A stretch of 64,000 nt of DNA from Candidatus Krumholzibacteriia bacterium (GTDB taxonomy: Bacteria > Krumholzibacteriota > Krumholzibacteriia > Krumholzibacteriales > Krumholzibacteriaceae). Location of the stretch: the NCBI GenBank assembly GCA_963836185.1, contig CAWIIQ010000001.1, positions 485,597 through 549,596 on the forward strand, written 5' to 3'. A model generated the notes under the pieces. It had not been told where the DNA came from, ran no database searches, and was given only the letters and a program-made list of their open reading frames with translations. Positions 38,578 through 49,689 of the stretch are shown piece by piece. Both the position numbers and the translations under genes were made by a program. Position 1 is the stretch's first letter. Every line of letters starts with the position of its first letter.

Positions 38578-39598
38578 CTACTTTTCGAGCTGCTTCTTCA
38601 TATACTTCTCGACCTCTTTCTCGATCGAGCCGGGCATCTTCATGTTCTTCATGAAGGCGGTCGTGCCCGCATCCTCGAAGTAGACCTTCATGCGGTACAT
38701 CGTGTCGACCATCGCAACCCTTATAACACCCATCTCATCCTGGTAGACGACGATCTCGAGCGGGTATGCGCCGGCGTGCGAGAGGCCGGGGCACGCGAAA
38801 TCCTTGCGCTGCTCGTTCTGGCCGTTCTTGACTATCTGGTAAGACTTGGTGTCCATCGGCGAACCGGAGAGGCCCACTATAAATACGTTATGAGCCGGTA
38901 CGTGGACCTGGTAGACGAGCTGAAGGCCCCAGTGTCTTTGTCTTCTCCTTGAAGCCGAGGCCGATGTCCAGACCGACCGCTGAGACCGAGCCCTTCTTGA
39001 CGACGTACTTCTGGTTGACGAGCTTCTTGAAATCGCCGCCGGCGACGACGCCCATCGTCTTGCCGATCTTTCCCTCGGTACGGAACTCGCCGTACTGGGC
39101 GCTGCTCGGTGTGCCTTTTACGGCAGACTGGATCATGGCGCTGAGCTCCGCGAGATGCTTCGCGGAGACATCCATGTATTTCTTGTCTTCCATCAGGACC
39201 GTGCGTGTCAGAGGGATGGGATTTACGACCGAGACGTGCGTCCCTTCCTCGTCCTGAAATATGTTGATGCGGTCGAGAGCCGCGTATGGGCCGGTCTCGA
39301 CATTGGCGCCGACGATGATGTCGGCGAAATTCGGCTGGTAGACCACTATCACGCGGGACATGAAATCGCAGTTGTTCGGATCCTTCGAGTCTGTCGTTCC
39401 TGCGACTATCCAGCCGGAATTTATCGCGGCATCATTGATCGCGGCCGAGATCTCATCTATCGAGCCTTCAGCCTGCCGGACGACGTACTGGAAGACGCCG
39501 TATGTCTCTCCGTCTATCGCGTTTGCCGGAAGAGCCAGCGATACCAGGACGGCAAGCATGATGACTGAAATACTGATGCCTGATTTATAAATCTTCAT
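38578..39598 (-). CDS. secreted tandem DUF302-like two-domain protein, split by a frameshift in a GGGG run near 38900
   Basis: Signal peptide. Both halves show DUF302-like segments ('...CDFMSRVIVVYQPNFADII...', '...YPLEIVVYQDEMGVIRVAMVD...'). The joining frame reads through 'ctggggcctt'. Confidence 0.45.
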
Positions 39599-39619
39599 CG
39601 ATCGTCTCCTTGTTCACGG

Positions 39620-41021
39620 CTAGAAAGCAAAGCCTATTCCGAATTCCCACTGGTCCATTTCCAGTTCTATCATCTGCTGGCCCGGTACCTCAAGAGGATT
39701 CGGTCCGGATACCGAGTTGCTGAACGCGCGGGTCACGACAAATGAGAGCTCCTTGTCCATGCCGACGTCCTTGCTGATACCGAACGAAAGATGCTGCTCG
39801 ACGACCCCGGGAGCGAGGATGTTAAACATCACTTCACTCTCAGGTATCGGCTGACCGCCGTAAGAGTAACCGCCCCTGAACATCCAGCCGCCGTTTGTCA
39901 TGTACCAGGCGCCCGTCTTGAATATCATCATGTCCTCCCACCCGAACCCGGCGCCGCTGTCGTTGCCGAGCTGCGCTTCCTGGAGATTGGGGAGGATGGG
40001 ATTGGCGATAGACTTAACCTGGCTGTACAGTGATCTGCTGGACATCGAACGCCAGGCCCATGCCGGGGAATCCGAACGCGACGCCGGCGGTCCAGTTCGC
40101 CGGGATGTCGAATCCGCCCTGCTCGGCGAAGAGGCCGGCGTAGTCATCGAATTTGTCCATGTAAGTCTTGGTGACTGGTATGAGGCGCCGAATGAGAGGT
40201 ACCCGAGCCATTCGCCGAGGTATCCGACCTTCACGCCGTATCCGACCGCGCTGCTGCTCGCCGTTATTTGTGAGGTTGTCCGGATCTGACGAAAAGCCCA
40301 TCTCACCGAAAGCCTGCAGTCCTTTTGCCTCGAAGCTCTGCCATGCGAAGATCGGGGTGATGCCGATCCCGTGGCTGTTGGCGATGAGCACGGAGAATGT
40401 AGGGGCGACGAAGAGCTGCATGAGGTTGACGCCTGTCGGCGTCGTCTGGCCGAACATCCCGCCCGGATCGAAGGTCGCCGTGGGATAATCGGTGTTCATC
40501 CCGCCGTTGCCGTAGACTGCCAGGCCGAGGGCCATCGTCTCTTCATCATTCAGAAGCCAGTTCGCCGAGATCGTCGGTACGTAGAAGACAGGCGAATCGC
40601 TCTCGTATGTCCCGGGAGCGAGGCCGAATGTCCCGGGGTCCATCGAGGGATCGCCCGTTACAGTGTACCTGCGGCTCGGATTGAAGATCGACAGCGACAG
40701 GTCGTACTGCTTGCCGACGAATGCCATGCCGCCCGGGTTTGTGGCCGCTGCCATCGGGCCGAGGTAGAGCGCCGCGCCGGCTCCTGCGAGCGCCTTGTAC
40801 TTCACGCCGTAACCATGTGAGAAATAGCCGTTTGTGGCGGTTGCCGGGGCCGCGAGGGCGCCGAGCAGGAATACCGCGATGAGCTGCCCTGAGGATTGAC
40901 ATCGAGACTTCATGAGGAATACCCCCCTGTAAAATGAAAGATCTCTATCAGGTAAAAGATCTGCATCGAATGAAATGACGGTATCAGATGCCTGGAGCCA
41001 TATCAAACGAATGCCTGACAA
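39620..41021 (-). CDS. FadL/OMPP1-family outer-membrane hydrophobic-compound transporter (beta-barrel), split by one frameshift near 40030
   Basis: Signal peptide. 'NGYFSHGYGVKYKALAGAGAA' FadL-like N-terminus. Gly/aromatic-rich beta strands. C-terminal '...WEFGIGFAF' terminal Phe. Confidence 0.55.
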
Positions 41022-41234
41022 TATATATCGGAATAATAGTACCGGAATGATTATAAATCAACCGATTTGTACACATGGAATCAGGAGAATTGATTGGCAA
41101 ATGATGGGCGATAGGAGCATATTTATAGCAGGTAAGCAGAGGTCCTTTAAAGACAACTCAATCCCCACCGACCCCACCGGGTTTTTCTTTCCGGTGCGCT
41201 CGCCTGTGCGGCGGTCAGCCGGATACACATCTTA

Positions 41235-43318
41235 TTGCAGGGGGTAAAGCGATGCGCTCTCTTATTTCCACTCACTATCATCCTGGTCCTGGTACTCGTC
41301 CTGCCTGCGGATTCACGGGCAAGGGAGGATGGACATCTGGTAACAGACGGTAGTCGGGACAACCTCGGGATAATGGTGTTAGACGGCTCCGGGGTCCATG
41401 ACATCGGGAGCTTCTTCTCCATACTGGAAACTGGGGGATCTTCGGGTCGTATCCCGGCTCGAGCATTCCCATTGCGGATTATCCTTCGGCCATGTGGCCG
41501 GCGAGCAGCGGCGTCGAGCATCTATTTATCGAGGGGATATGGATCGGCGCGAGAAAGGGAGGCTGGCCGAAGGTATCGACATCGGCTTTCGAGAGGGAGT
41601 TCATGCCGACCGACGACCCGGTCGATATCATATACGACTCGTACGAGGGAGCCCCGGGGGGGATAAGGCTTCCGTCACCAGGCGCAGATGACGACGGCGA
41701 CGGGATGATCGATGAGGACTGGCTCGACGGACACGATAATGACGGGGACGGCCTTATCGACGAGGACTTCGCCGCCATTTCGCCGCAGATGTTCAGTTCG
41801 TGGTTTGCCGACAACATGCCGGGCATCACCGAGATCTATCCTGAACATGATCCCCTGGACATAGTGTTGAGGATGGAGACCTACCAGTGGGACGACGATG
41901 ATTTCGACGATTTCGTCGGTGTGAAGTTGACCATGACCAATGTCGGCGAAGAGGTCCTCGAGGATATCTACTTCGGGATGTTCACCGATGCAGATGTCGG
42001 GCGAAGGAGCGACGGGGAATACTACAAGGACGACGCCTGCGCGTACTGGAGGGGGATGAGAGAGTCGGGGGACGGTGAGGTATATGTCGATATCGGTTAT
42101 GCGTTCGACGCTGATGGAGACGGTGGAAGTACAACGAGTTATTACGGAACGATGATACTGGGCTGTTCGGTCGATCCGGAGTGGTCGACCGTGAAGGGCC
42201 GGGCAGAATGGACTGACATTCCGTGCTTTCACCGGAGGAGACCAGCCGTATGAGAACGGCGGCGATCCGACGAACGACTTTCAGCGCTACGAAATCATGT
42301 CGAAGGCCGGTTGGGACGCCGTTGCCCCGGATGGGATCGATGTCCGTTATCTCTGCAGTACCGGGCCGTATACCGAGCTTCAGCCCGGTGGTTCGATCAC
42401 ATTCCACATCGCGCATGTCTGCGGCTTCGGCCTCGAGGGGCTTCTCGACAATGCCGCTAAGTGCAAGCGCCTGTTCGACGGGATAACATTCGACTATAAC
42501 GGCGAAGAGACCCAGGTTCACTGGACGCTCGACGAGCCTGCTCTCGCCGGTGTGCTCGACATCAAGCCCGGCACATGCAAGAACCCGTTCAACATCAAGA
42601 ACTTCGAGTTTGCACATGAGCGGGAACCCGAACAAGGGCGGCAAGATGCCGGTCGCGATCCTCGGCGGCGAAGGATTCGACGTGACAGAGATCGATATAT
42701 CCACGATACAGGCTCAACGGAGTGGCGCCTCTCTGCAAGGGTCAGTCGTTCTGTGATGTCGCCGGGCCGGGAGAGAATGAGGGGCCGTGTCAGTGCGGGG
42801 AGGAAGGACCGGACGGATACACCGACCTTCTGCTGAAGTTCAGCAACCAGGAGATCGCCGCGACGAGGCTGATCCTGTCGATACCTCAGCCGGGCGAGAA
42901 ATGGACACTGGCGATGACAGGTGAGTTCAATGACGGGACGGAGTTCCAGATGACAGACTGCGTCACCTTCGTCGGCGAGCCGCCGAAGTTCGATAAGCCG
43001 GACAGGCCGATGCTCACAGGGGAGACGAGGCTGATGAGCGCGTCTCCCAACCCGTTCAATCCGGCGACGACGATAGCGTTCGAGCTCGCCGCGCCGGGGC
43101 AGGTGTCGATCACTGTCTACGATGTCAGCGGACGGATGATCCGAAGTCTCGTCGACGGGCACCTGCCTGCAGGGATGCACGAAGTGACATGGAACGGCCG
43201 TGACCGCAGCGGCGCCACCGTGGCGAGCGGAGTCTACTTCTACAGGCTCATGGCCGGCGAGGTCTGGAGACCCGTAAGATGGTACTATTGCGCTGATTGC
43301 AGGCACAGACCTTGACAA
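41235..43318 (+). pseudogene. multiply frameshifted paralog of the 855-aa Ca-binding T9SS cargo gene (at least four frame changes)
   Basis: Pieces in three frames align to 13147..15714 ('TGNWGIFGSYPGSS...SSGVEHLFIEGIWIGARKGG', 'DDDGDGMIDEDWLDGHDNDGDGLIDEDF', 'GGDQPYENGGDPTNDFQRYEIMSKAGWD...'). The CTD 'SPNPFNPATTIAFEL...VYFYRL' is present, but the end of the frame is wrong. Confidence 0.7.
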
Positions 43319-43353
43319 TGAGGACCTCCTGTATTACAATGTAATACAGGAGG
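43312..43353 (+). promoter_or_regulatory. sigma70 promoter (TTGACA-17-TACAAT) overlapped by a perfect 14-1-14 inverted repeat (CCTCCTGTATTACA a TGTAATACAGGAGG) that also covers the RBS
   Basis: -35 at 43312..43317, -10 at 43335..43340, AGGAGG at 43348..43353, GTG start at 43361. Classic autoregulated antitoxin operator. Confidence 0.75.
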
Positions 43354-43360
43354 TCTTGTC

Positions 43361-43579
43361 GTGAAAAAGCCGATCACAGTACGCCTGCCGGACGATCTGC
43401 GTGAAGAGCTTCAGGATATGGCCAGCCTGGAAAACATTCCGGTCAGTGACATTGTCCGTGAATCGATACGCAAATATATATCGGTCCACAGGTTCAGGCG
43501 TCTGAGGAACAAGGTTCTGCCTTTTGCCGAGGCCCAGGGGCTACTTACCGATGAAGATATCTTCGAGGAACTGGGATGA
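43361..43579 (+). CDS. ribbon-helix-helix (CopG-like) antitoxin
   Basis: 72 aa. 'KKPITVRLPDDLREELQDMAS' RHH N-terminus. Overlaps the PIN gene start by 4 bp. Confidence 0.7.
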   Translation: MKKPITVRLPDDLREELQDMASLENIPVSDIVRESIRKYISVHRFRRLRNKVLPFAEAQGLLTDEDIFEELG

Positions 43580-43977
43580 GGCTTGTTCTCGATTCAAATG
43601 TCATCATAGCCGCGTTCGCAACTCGCGGGCTCTGCCAGGCACTGTTCGAGTACTGTCTCGAAAACCACGACGTGATCCTCTGTGAAGAGATTCTCGGCGA
43701 AGTGAGGGCAGCGTTGCTGGGTAAAATAAAGGTGCCGGAGGAAGTAGTCGGCCAGATAGAGAGTTACCTGCGAAACAGCGCGGAACTGGTCAGGCCAGCC
43801 GCAGTTGATATTCCAGATCTCAAAGACAGGTCCGATCTGCCGATCCTTGGAGCGGCAGTTTCATCGGGAGCGGATTATCTGGTCACTGGTGATGGAGAGT
43901 TGCAGGCGCTCAGGAAGGTCGCTGATACGGCGATAGTATCTCCACGGACGTTATGGGAGAAGATGAAGAGTGGATGA
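43576..43977 (+). CDS. PIN-domain toxin (VapC-like)
   Basis: 133 aa. 'LVLDSNVIIAAF' (PIN Asp1), 'ILCEEILGEV', 'DRSDLPILGAAVSSGADYLVTGD' (PIN acidic residues). Confidence 0.75.
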   Translation: MRLVLDSNVIIAAFATRGLCQALFEYCLENHDVILCEEILGEVRAALLGKIKVPEEVVGQIESYLRNSAELVRPAAVDIPDLKDRSDLPILGAAVSSGADYLVTGDGELQALRKVADTAIVSPRTLWEKMKSG

Positions 43978-44018
43978 AGCTCTAGGAGCTTCTCAGTTTT
44001 TCCAGCCTGCGCCTCGCG

Positions 44019-47003
44019 TCATCGACCTCGATGATTCCTGTCGTCGGCGTGCTTCATGATATCGAGATACCGCTCGTAGTTCCTGGCGGCGAGATCGTAC
44101 TGCCCCTCTTCCTCGTATAGAACGGCAACACGGTAAAGATAAACAGGTACGAGCATGCGTCGGTCGGCGTCCGACGGGTCGATTGTCAGCATCCGCTCGT
44201 ATTCCTCGATCGCGCTCTTGTTGTCTCCGAGGGCGAGCATGGGCCCTGGCGACCACGTCCTGATGAAAGGCATGTTGTAAAAACCCATCTCGGTGTATGT
44301 CAGGGTAGGGGTGTACATCGTGTCTTTCGCTTCCATGAACGCGATCGCTTCGGCAGGGTTACCTTCGGCGAGGAGCACCTCCGCCTCGAAAAGTGTCGGC
44401 ATGCGGCGGATAACGCTCGATGCCGCCAGCGTCTTCCTCAAATACCGGAGAGGAGACCAGGGCATGCATGTCTTCCAGAGCGGTCCTGGCTCCAGCGAGA
44501 TCTCCCTTCTCGATGGCGTTTAATCCCTTGTAGGTGGTTATTGTCACCTCACCTGAAAGAGGGATCTCCAGATCCAGTTCTCGGCTGTTTCAACGAAATC
44601 ATCGATAGCCTCTAGTGATTCATCGAATCTATCCTCTTCATAAAGATGCTGGACCGTGAACATCTTCATAAAGAATCTGTCTCATGGGATGCGTAGATTT
44701 TAGAAGGTATTCTTGAGCTTCGCCTCCTGTTTTCTCGCTTCCCGGAATCTTCCCTGCATGCGCTTGTATCCCGCGCTGTATATCATACCAACGGCCCGCA
44801 TCCCGGGAGACCAGGCTGACTCTATGCCGGTTTCGATCCAGTAGTCGGCTTTGTCCAGGTCTCCCTCCATCGCGTACAGATAGGATACGCATAGCCTCGA
44901 TGTATAGAACTCGGGACTGATCTCGATAGCTTTTCAGATAGCTGGCTTTCGCTTCATCTATTCTGCCCATCCTGTAGAGGCAGTCACCCTTCGAATCCCA
45001 GGGATTGGCGTCGCCCGGTTTCAGGTATGTGTAGCGCTCGAAATACTCGAGGGCCTTGTCGTATTCGTTGATATCCAGGTGGATATATCCAAGCATGTTC
45101 AAAGCGTCCACATAGAGGGGGTCGAGCTCAAGGACCCTTTCCAGCAACCTGATTGCTTCTTCATACTTTCCCTGGGATCTCTTCCAGACAGCAAGGGTGA
45201 GGTATGCCCGCTTTTCCTTGGGATAATTGCTGGCTATCTCTCTCGAAGATCGTGATCGCTTTCTCCAGGTCGTGTTCGATCCGCTTGGCGTAAAATCCTT
45301 CTATACTCAGACGGTCCTTTTCGGATGCACGGTCCGAAGGCTCAGGGCCTTTATTATCAGGCTGTCGGCGGTCGCATGATCGAGCAGACGGGACTTGGTT
45401 ATACCGAGGTACAGATACGCCGAAGCGAAGGTCGAGTCTATCTCGATAGCTCTTTCGAATTTCAGTGCCGCGTCACGGAAGTAGAACCTGTCATAGAGAT
45501 CTATTCCGGAAAGGTAGTAGTTATATGCCTCCATCGAGTGTGTCGTTATCTCTGTAATCGGCCCGCTCTGCTCGGGGATCCGCAGCCTCGATACATCCCT
45601 TGTGATATCGCTGCTCAGATCGTCGATCTGGCTCTTGAGGATGCTTTCGACGCCGTCGCCCTCCGTGTTGGCCGTATGGAGGAGTTTCTTCGATCTGACA
45701 TCCATCACCTTCGCCTCGATAGCGAAGGAGTTGCCGGCCCTGATATAACTGCCGACGATGACCACATCGATACCGTCGAGCTCGCACAGCTCGAATCCGA
45801 GCTCCTTGTCGATAATTTCGGTCTTCTCTCTGCCGGTCTGCTGGAGAAGGTCCTGCATCCGTTCCCACGTCATCACCTGGAGCCGCCGGGACTGCTCGAG
45901 GCTCGTTATCAGGAGATTCGGGATCGCCGCGGAGAGGTAATCGAACGATTCGTCTCCGGTTCGGTTCTCGAATGTGATAACGGCGACCGGCCTCTGGCCG
46001 GCAACGAGCTCCGAACCGAAGAAGAGAGGCTTTATCACGAATATCGCTATCAGGAGCGCCGCGATGACGGCAACGGCTATGCCTGCGGTCCGGAGACGGT
46101 GCGGTTTTTTCGGTTTTTCCGTCGCGGGGCAGGGCTGGCATTCACCTGTGAAACGGAACTGTCCGTCTTTGTCCCCTCGATAGTCTTTCTTCTGCAGCGC
46201 CCGCAGGTCGGAGATCATCCCGTCGGCGTGCTGGTATCTCTCGCCCGGGATCCTTGCTCAACGCCTTCAGCGTGATCCGCTCGAGTTCCATCGGCACGCC
46301 GGTGCGGACCGAGGTCGGGGCAGGAGGTTCGTCGTTGAGGATCGAATAGATCACGGCCTGTTCGTACTCACCGGCGAAGGGCTGGCAGCCCGTGATCATC
46401 TCGTAGAGGACCGCGCCTGCCGACCAGATGTCGCTGCGCCCGTCGACGTCCTTTCCCTGTGCCTGCTCGGGCGACATGTAGGCGACGGTGCCGGGGGCGG
46501 CGCCCTCGCGGGTCAGGCGGGTCCGGTCGGAGAGCTTTGCCAGGCCGAAATCCATGATCTTCGCCGTGCCGTTGCTCTTGATCATGATGTTGGCCGACTT
46601 GATGTCGCGGTGGACGATCTTCTGCTGGTGGGCCTGGTCGAGCCCTTTCAGTGATCTGGATCATCAGTTCGATCGAGTCTTCGATAGGCAGCGGGCCGCC
46701 GGCTATCCGGTCGGAGAGGTTCTCGCCGTCGATATATTCCATCGCGATGAAGGGGCCCTCGTCGGAGTCCTCGATCTCGTAGATCGTCGATATGTTGGCG
46801 TGATTGAGCGATGCGGCGGCCTGCGCCTCGTTGATGAAGCGTTTGTGCTCCTCTTCGGGGAGCGCCATCCGGCGGGAGAGGAACTTCAGCGCGACCTTGC
46901 GGCCCAGCTTCGTGTCCTCGGCGAGATACACGACTCCCATCCCGCCCTCACCGAGCTTCTCGAGGATCGTGTAGTGAGATATCGTTTTGCCTATCATTGT
47001 CAA
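44019..47003 (-). pseudogene. paralog of the Ser/Thr-kinase/TM/TolB-N/TPR gene, broken into at least six ORF fragments by frameshifts
   Basis: 46368..47003: kinase N-lobe (GKLGEGGMGVVYLA). 46142..46585: C-lobe (IMDFGLAK...YMSPEQ). 45307..46218: TM plus TolB-N-like plus TPR. 44638..45147, 44359..44547 and 44019..44465: further TPR fragments. Two of the indels were traced to an extra G in 'cccggg' and an extra A in 'atcactg'. Confidence 0.7.
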
Positions 47004-47123
47004 TCGAGTCCCCTGCCTGACCCGGGCTCGTGACTGTTACCGCTTGATATGATGATATATCACATGGCGGCGGCGGATATACATAAAAAACGATCAGGTT
47101 ATTTGTTCAGTTACAGGCCGGTT

Positions 47124-49529
47124 TCATCTGAGCAGAGCCATCTTCCTCGTGATGATCGTTCCCGCAGCTTCGAGACGATAGAAGTAGATACCCGACGCTA
47201 CAGCCGATCCATCCCTGTCCGTACCGTTCCAGAAGGCGTCGTGGGAACCGGCCGTCTTCTGCTCATCCACGAGTATGTGCACGAGCCTTCCCGCGACATC
47301 GTAGACGGCCAGCCTGACGAAGCAGTCTCCCGGAAGTTCGTACCTGATCGTAGTGCTCGGATTGAACGGATTGGGATAGTTCTGCGCGAGGCGAACGTGG
47401 TCGACAGGAGGTATCTCCGTGCCGGTAGTGGTCAACTCGAGTTCTACCGGGATTTCAACCTGGTACGGCGAGCCGCATACGTCCTCGAACTCGACATCTA
47501 GCGTCACGGTGAAGGGGCCACCGGGGTAGGCGGACATGTCGAGCGTATATGTGTCTCCATTGCCGAATTCCGTGATGTCGAGCGGGATGAGGCCGTAATC
47601 CGCAGTGGAGTCAGGGAGGGTGAGCCATCCCGGTCCGTATTTCATCGTCGCGGAGACGTTGTAGGCGATACGGATGCCGGTGTTCTTCAGGCCCGCTTCG
47701 ATCTCCCAGAGCGGGTCGCTCCACGAGACCTCGTTGTATCCAGCTTCGACGAGTACAGGCTGTCCACAGAACCTGTTGGGAACGCGGGCGATGTTCGATC
47801 CGTAGCTGACGTAGCAGCGTCTGTCCTGGAGCATCAGCGCTATGGAGTCTGGAGATCCCAGAGCGATGTAGACGTCGAAGTAGAGGCTGTCCAGCTCATC
47901 GGAAGAGTCGAGTTCCCCGAACTCACTGAGTGTCGCCCAGGTAGCGGCGTTCTGAAGCTCGAACCTTCCGCGGGAGTTGTCGGGAGCGAACGGATAGAGG
48001 TCCGGAGCCGGCTCGAACAGTTCCGATGGAACATCGCCGTTGTTATGCACCTCGACCCAGTACCGTTTGAAATCGGCCGTGCCGTGGGTGACGGTCTCAG
48101 TGTGGAATATTCTGATGTCGAGCTGCGGGACCCCGAGGTCGCATTCAGGCATCACTCGTCCACGGATGCAGAGGTCGCCTATGTTGTTGTCTCCCTGGTC
48201 CTGGGCTTCCCAGGTAGTGCCGGAGTTGCTGGCCCACGACCTGTTCGTCTCCATCGGTCCGAAATGATCGTGCGGCAGGCAGCCTTGCCAGCCGGGCGTG
48301 TTGAAACTTACGGCTATGAAGATCGGGTCGCTGCAGACGACATCTATCGATTCGGGGAGGTCTATGCTGTAGAATCCCGATTCCTGAAGCGAACCGTTGT
48401 ACGGGCCGCCGAGGATGTTCTGCGGATTGCCGCCGGAGAAATCGTCGTAGATCGTTATCGAGTAATTGCAGGGCTCTGAAGTCGTCCAGATATCCACCGC
48501 GTACAGAAAACCGCTCCAGTCGGGGATATGCTCGATCATTCCCCAGTCGGTATAGTCCGCCCACCCCGAGTACCAGTTATAACCGTATTCGTCGAGGTAG
48601 TAGATCTTCTCACGATCGTCATGGAACCTGTAGCGGGATATGACGGCGGAGTAGGAGCCGATCTTGGCGTCTCCGTATTTTATGTAGAAGTAGCCCGCGT
48701 CTCCCCACGATGTTCCCCACGAGTTCTTCACGATCCATGCGCCCTCGCCTCCGCAAAGTGTGTCGTTCCAGCCTACGATCAGGACGCTGTGGTTCGGGTC
48801 CTCCGTCCCGGAATAAGTGAGACAGGTGTCCGTATCGTACTCGTTGAACTCGGCCCAGCTGCTGTACATCGAGGTGATCACCGGGCCGTAAGTCATCACG
48901 GCGTTCTTAATTGCTTCTTCGTCAAGAGCAGTCACCGGCGGATCGCCTGTTATGGACCGGAATTCCCGCGCGTTGACCTGCAGGTACGGAGTCGCGTCAA
49001 AGCAGCCTGCCATGTTGGGGCAGGAGCCGGGGTATACGTCTGTGCTCTCATTGACCGCTCCGAGAAGTGAGAGGTAATTCGCGGCGATCCAGGCGTTTCC
49101 GCCGACATTGCAGTTGTACCCATACAAGTCGTAGAAACGGTTGTCGGCGCAGGAGACGACGTTGTACTCCGAATAGTCGCGGGTCAGTACCTGCTGGATG
49201 TGCAGGGCAGATTCAAGACAGCCGATAGTTGCGAATGCCCAGCAGGTGCCGTACGGATTCTGGTTCTTTACAGAAGTGACGTCGCCGCTTGTCCGCCAGT
49301 CCCATGCCAGGGGAGCCTGAGGCATCGACATCAGCTTTTCCGGAGTGGCGTGCAGGTGATGCATGTACATCGGCGGCGGTATGAATCCGCCCTTCCCGAT
49401 GTCGGCCGGGGCCGGCCTTTCCGGTCCGGTCCTCTGTTGTCCGGTATCCTGTGACGCGTAGAGAAAAGTCGCGGCCGCAGCGAGCAGGATCACTCCAGCA
49501 ACGATTGTGAAACCTTTGCGAGTCTTCAT
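47124..49529 (-). CDS. secreted papain-family (C1) cysteine peptidase with a T9SS sorting CTD
   Basis: 'NQNPYGTCWAFATIGCLESA' (catalytic Cys). 'HSVLIVGW' and 'AWIVKNSWGTSWGDAGYFYI' (His/Asn region). CTD 'NYPNPFNPSTTIRYEL...IYFYRLEA...KMALLR'. Confidence 0.8.
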   Translation of the reverse strand: MKTRKGFTIVAGVILLAAAATFLYASQDTGQQRTGPERPAPADIGKGGFIPPPMYMHHLHATPEKLMSMPQAPLAWDWRTSGDVTSVKNQNPYGTCWAFATIGCLESALHIQQVLTRDYSEYNVVSCADNRFYDLYGYNCNVGGNAWIAANYLSLLGAVNESTDVYPGSCPNMAGCFDATPYLQVNAREFRSITGDPPVTALDEEAIKNAVMTYGPVITSMYSSWAEFNEYDTDTCLTYSGTEDPNHSVLIVGWNDTLCGGEGAWIVKNSWGTSWGDAGYFYIKYGDAKIGSYSAVISRYRFHDDREKIYYLDEYGYNWYSGWADYTDWGMIEHIPDWSGFLYAVDIWTTSEPCNYSITIYDDFSGGNPQNILGGPYNGSLQESGFYSIDLPESIDVVCSDPIFIAVSFNTPGWQGCLPHDHFGPMETNRSWASNSGTTWEAQDQGDNNIGDLCIRGRVMPECDLGVPQLDIRIFHTETVTHGTADFKRYWVEVHNNGDVPSELFEPAPDLYPFAPDNSRGRFELQNAATWATLSEFGELDSSDELDSLYFDVYIALGSPDSIALMLQDRRCYVSYGSNIARVPNRFCGQPVLVEAGYNEVSWSDPLWEIEAGLKNTGIRIAYNVSATMKYGPGWLTLPDSTADYGLIPLDITEFGNGDTYTLDMSAYPGGPFTVTLDVEFEDVCGSPYQVEIPVELELTTTGTEIPPVDHVRLAQNYPNPFNPSTTIRYELPGDCFVRLAVYDVAGRLVHILVDEQKTAGSHDAFWNGTDRDGSAVASGIYFYRLEAAGTIITRKMALLR

Positions 49530-49689
49530 TGATTCGTTCCTTTGTTTTTGCCATGCGGCGGCGAGGCCCGCAGGCCCAGGTCGCTTTAAATGTTGTGCTG
49601 TTACTTATTCGTTCCCTCGTTTAATATTATATCCATGATTCGGTGGTGGAGCAGGGGGGATTCGAAAAAATCCGTATAGAAAGGAACAT

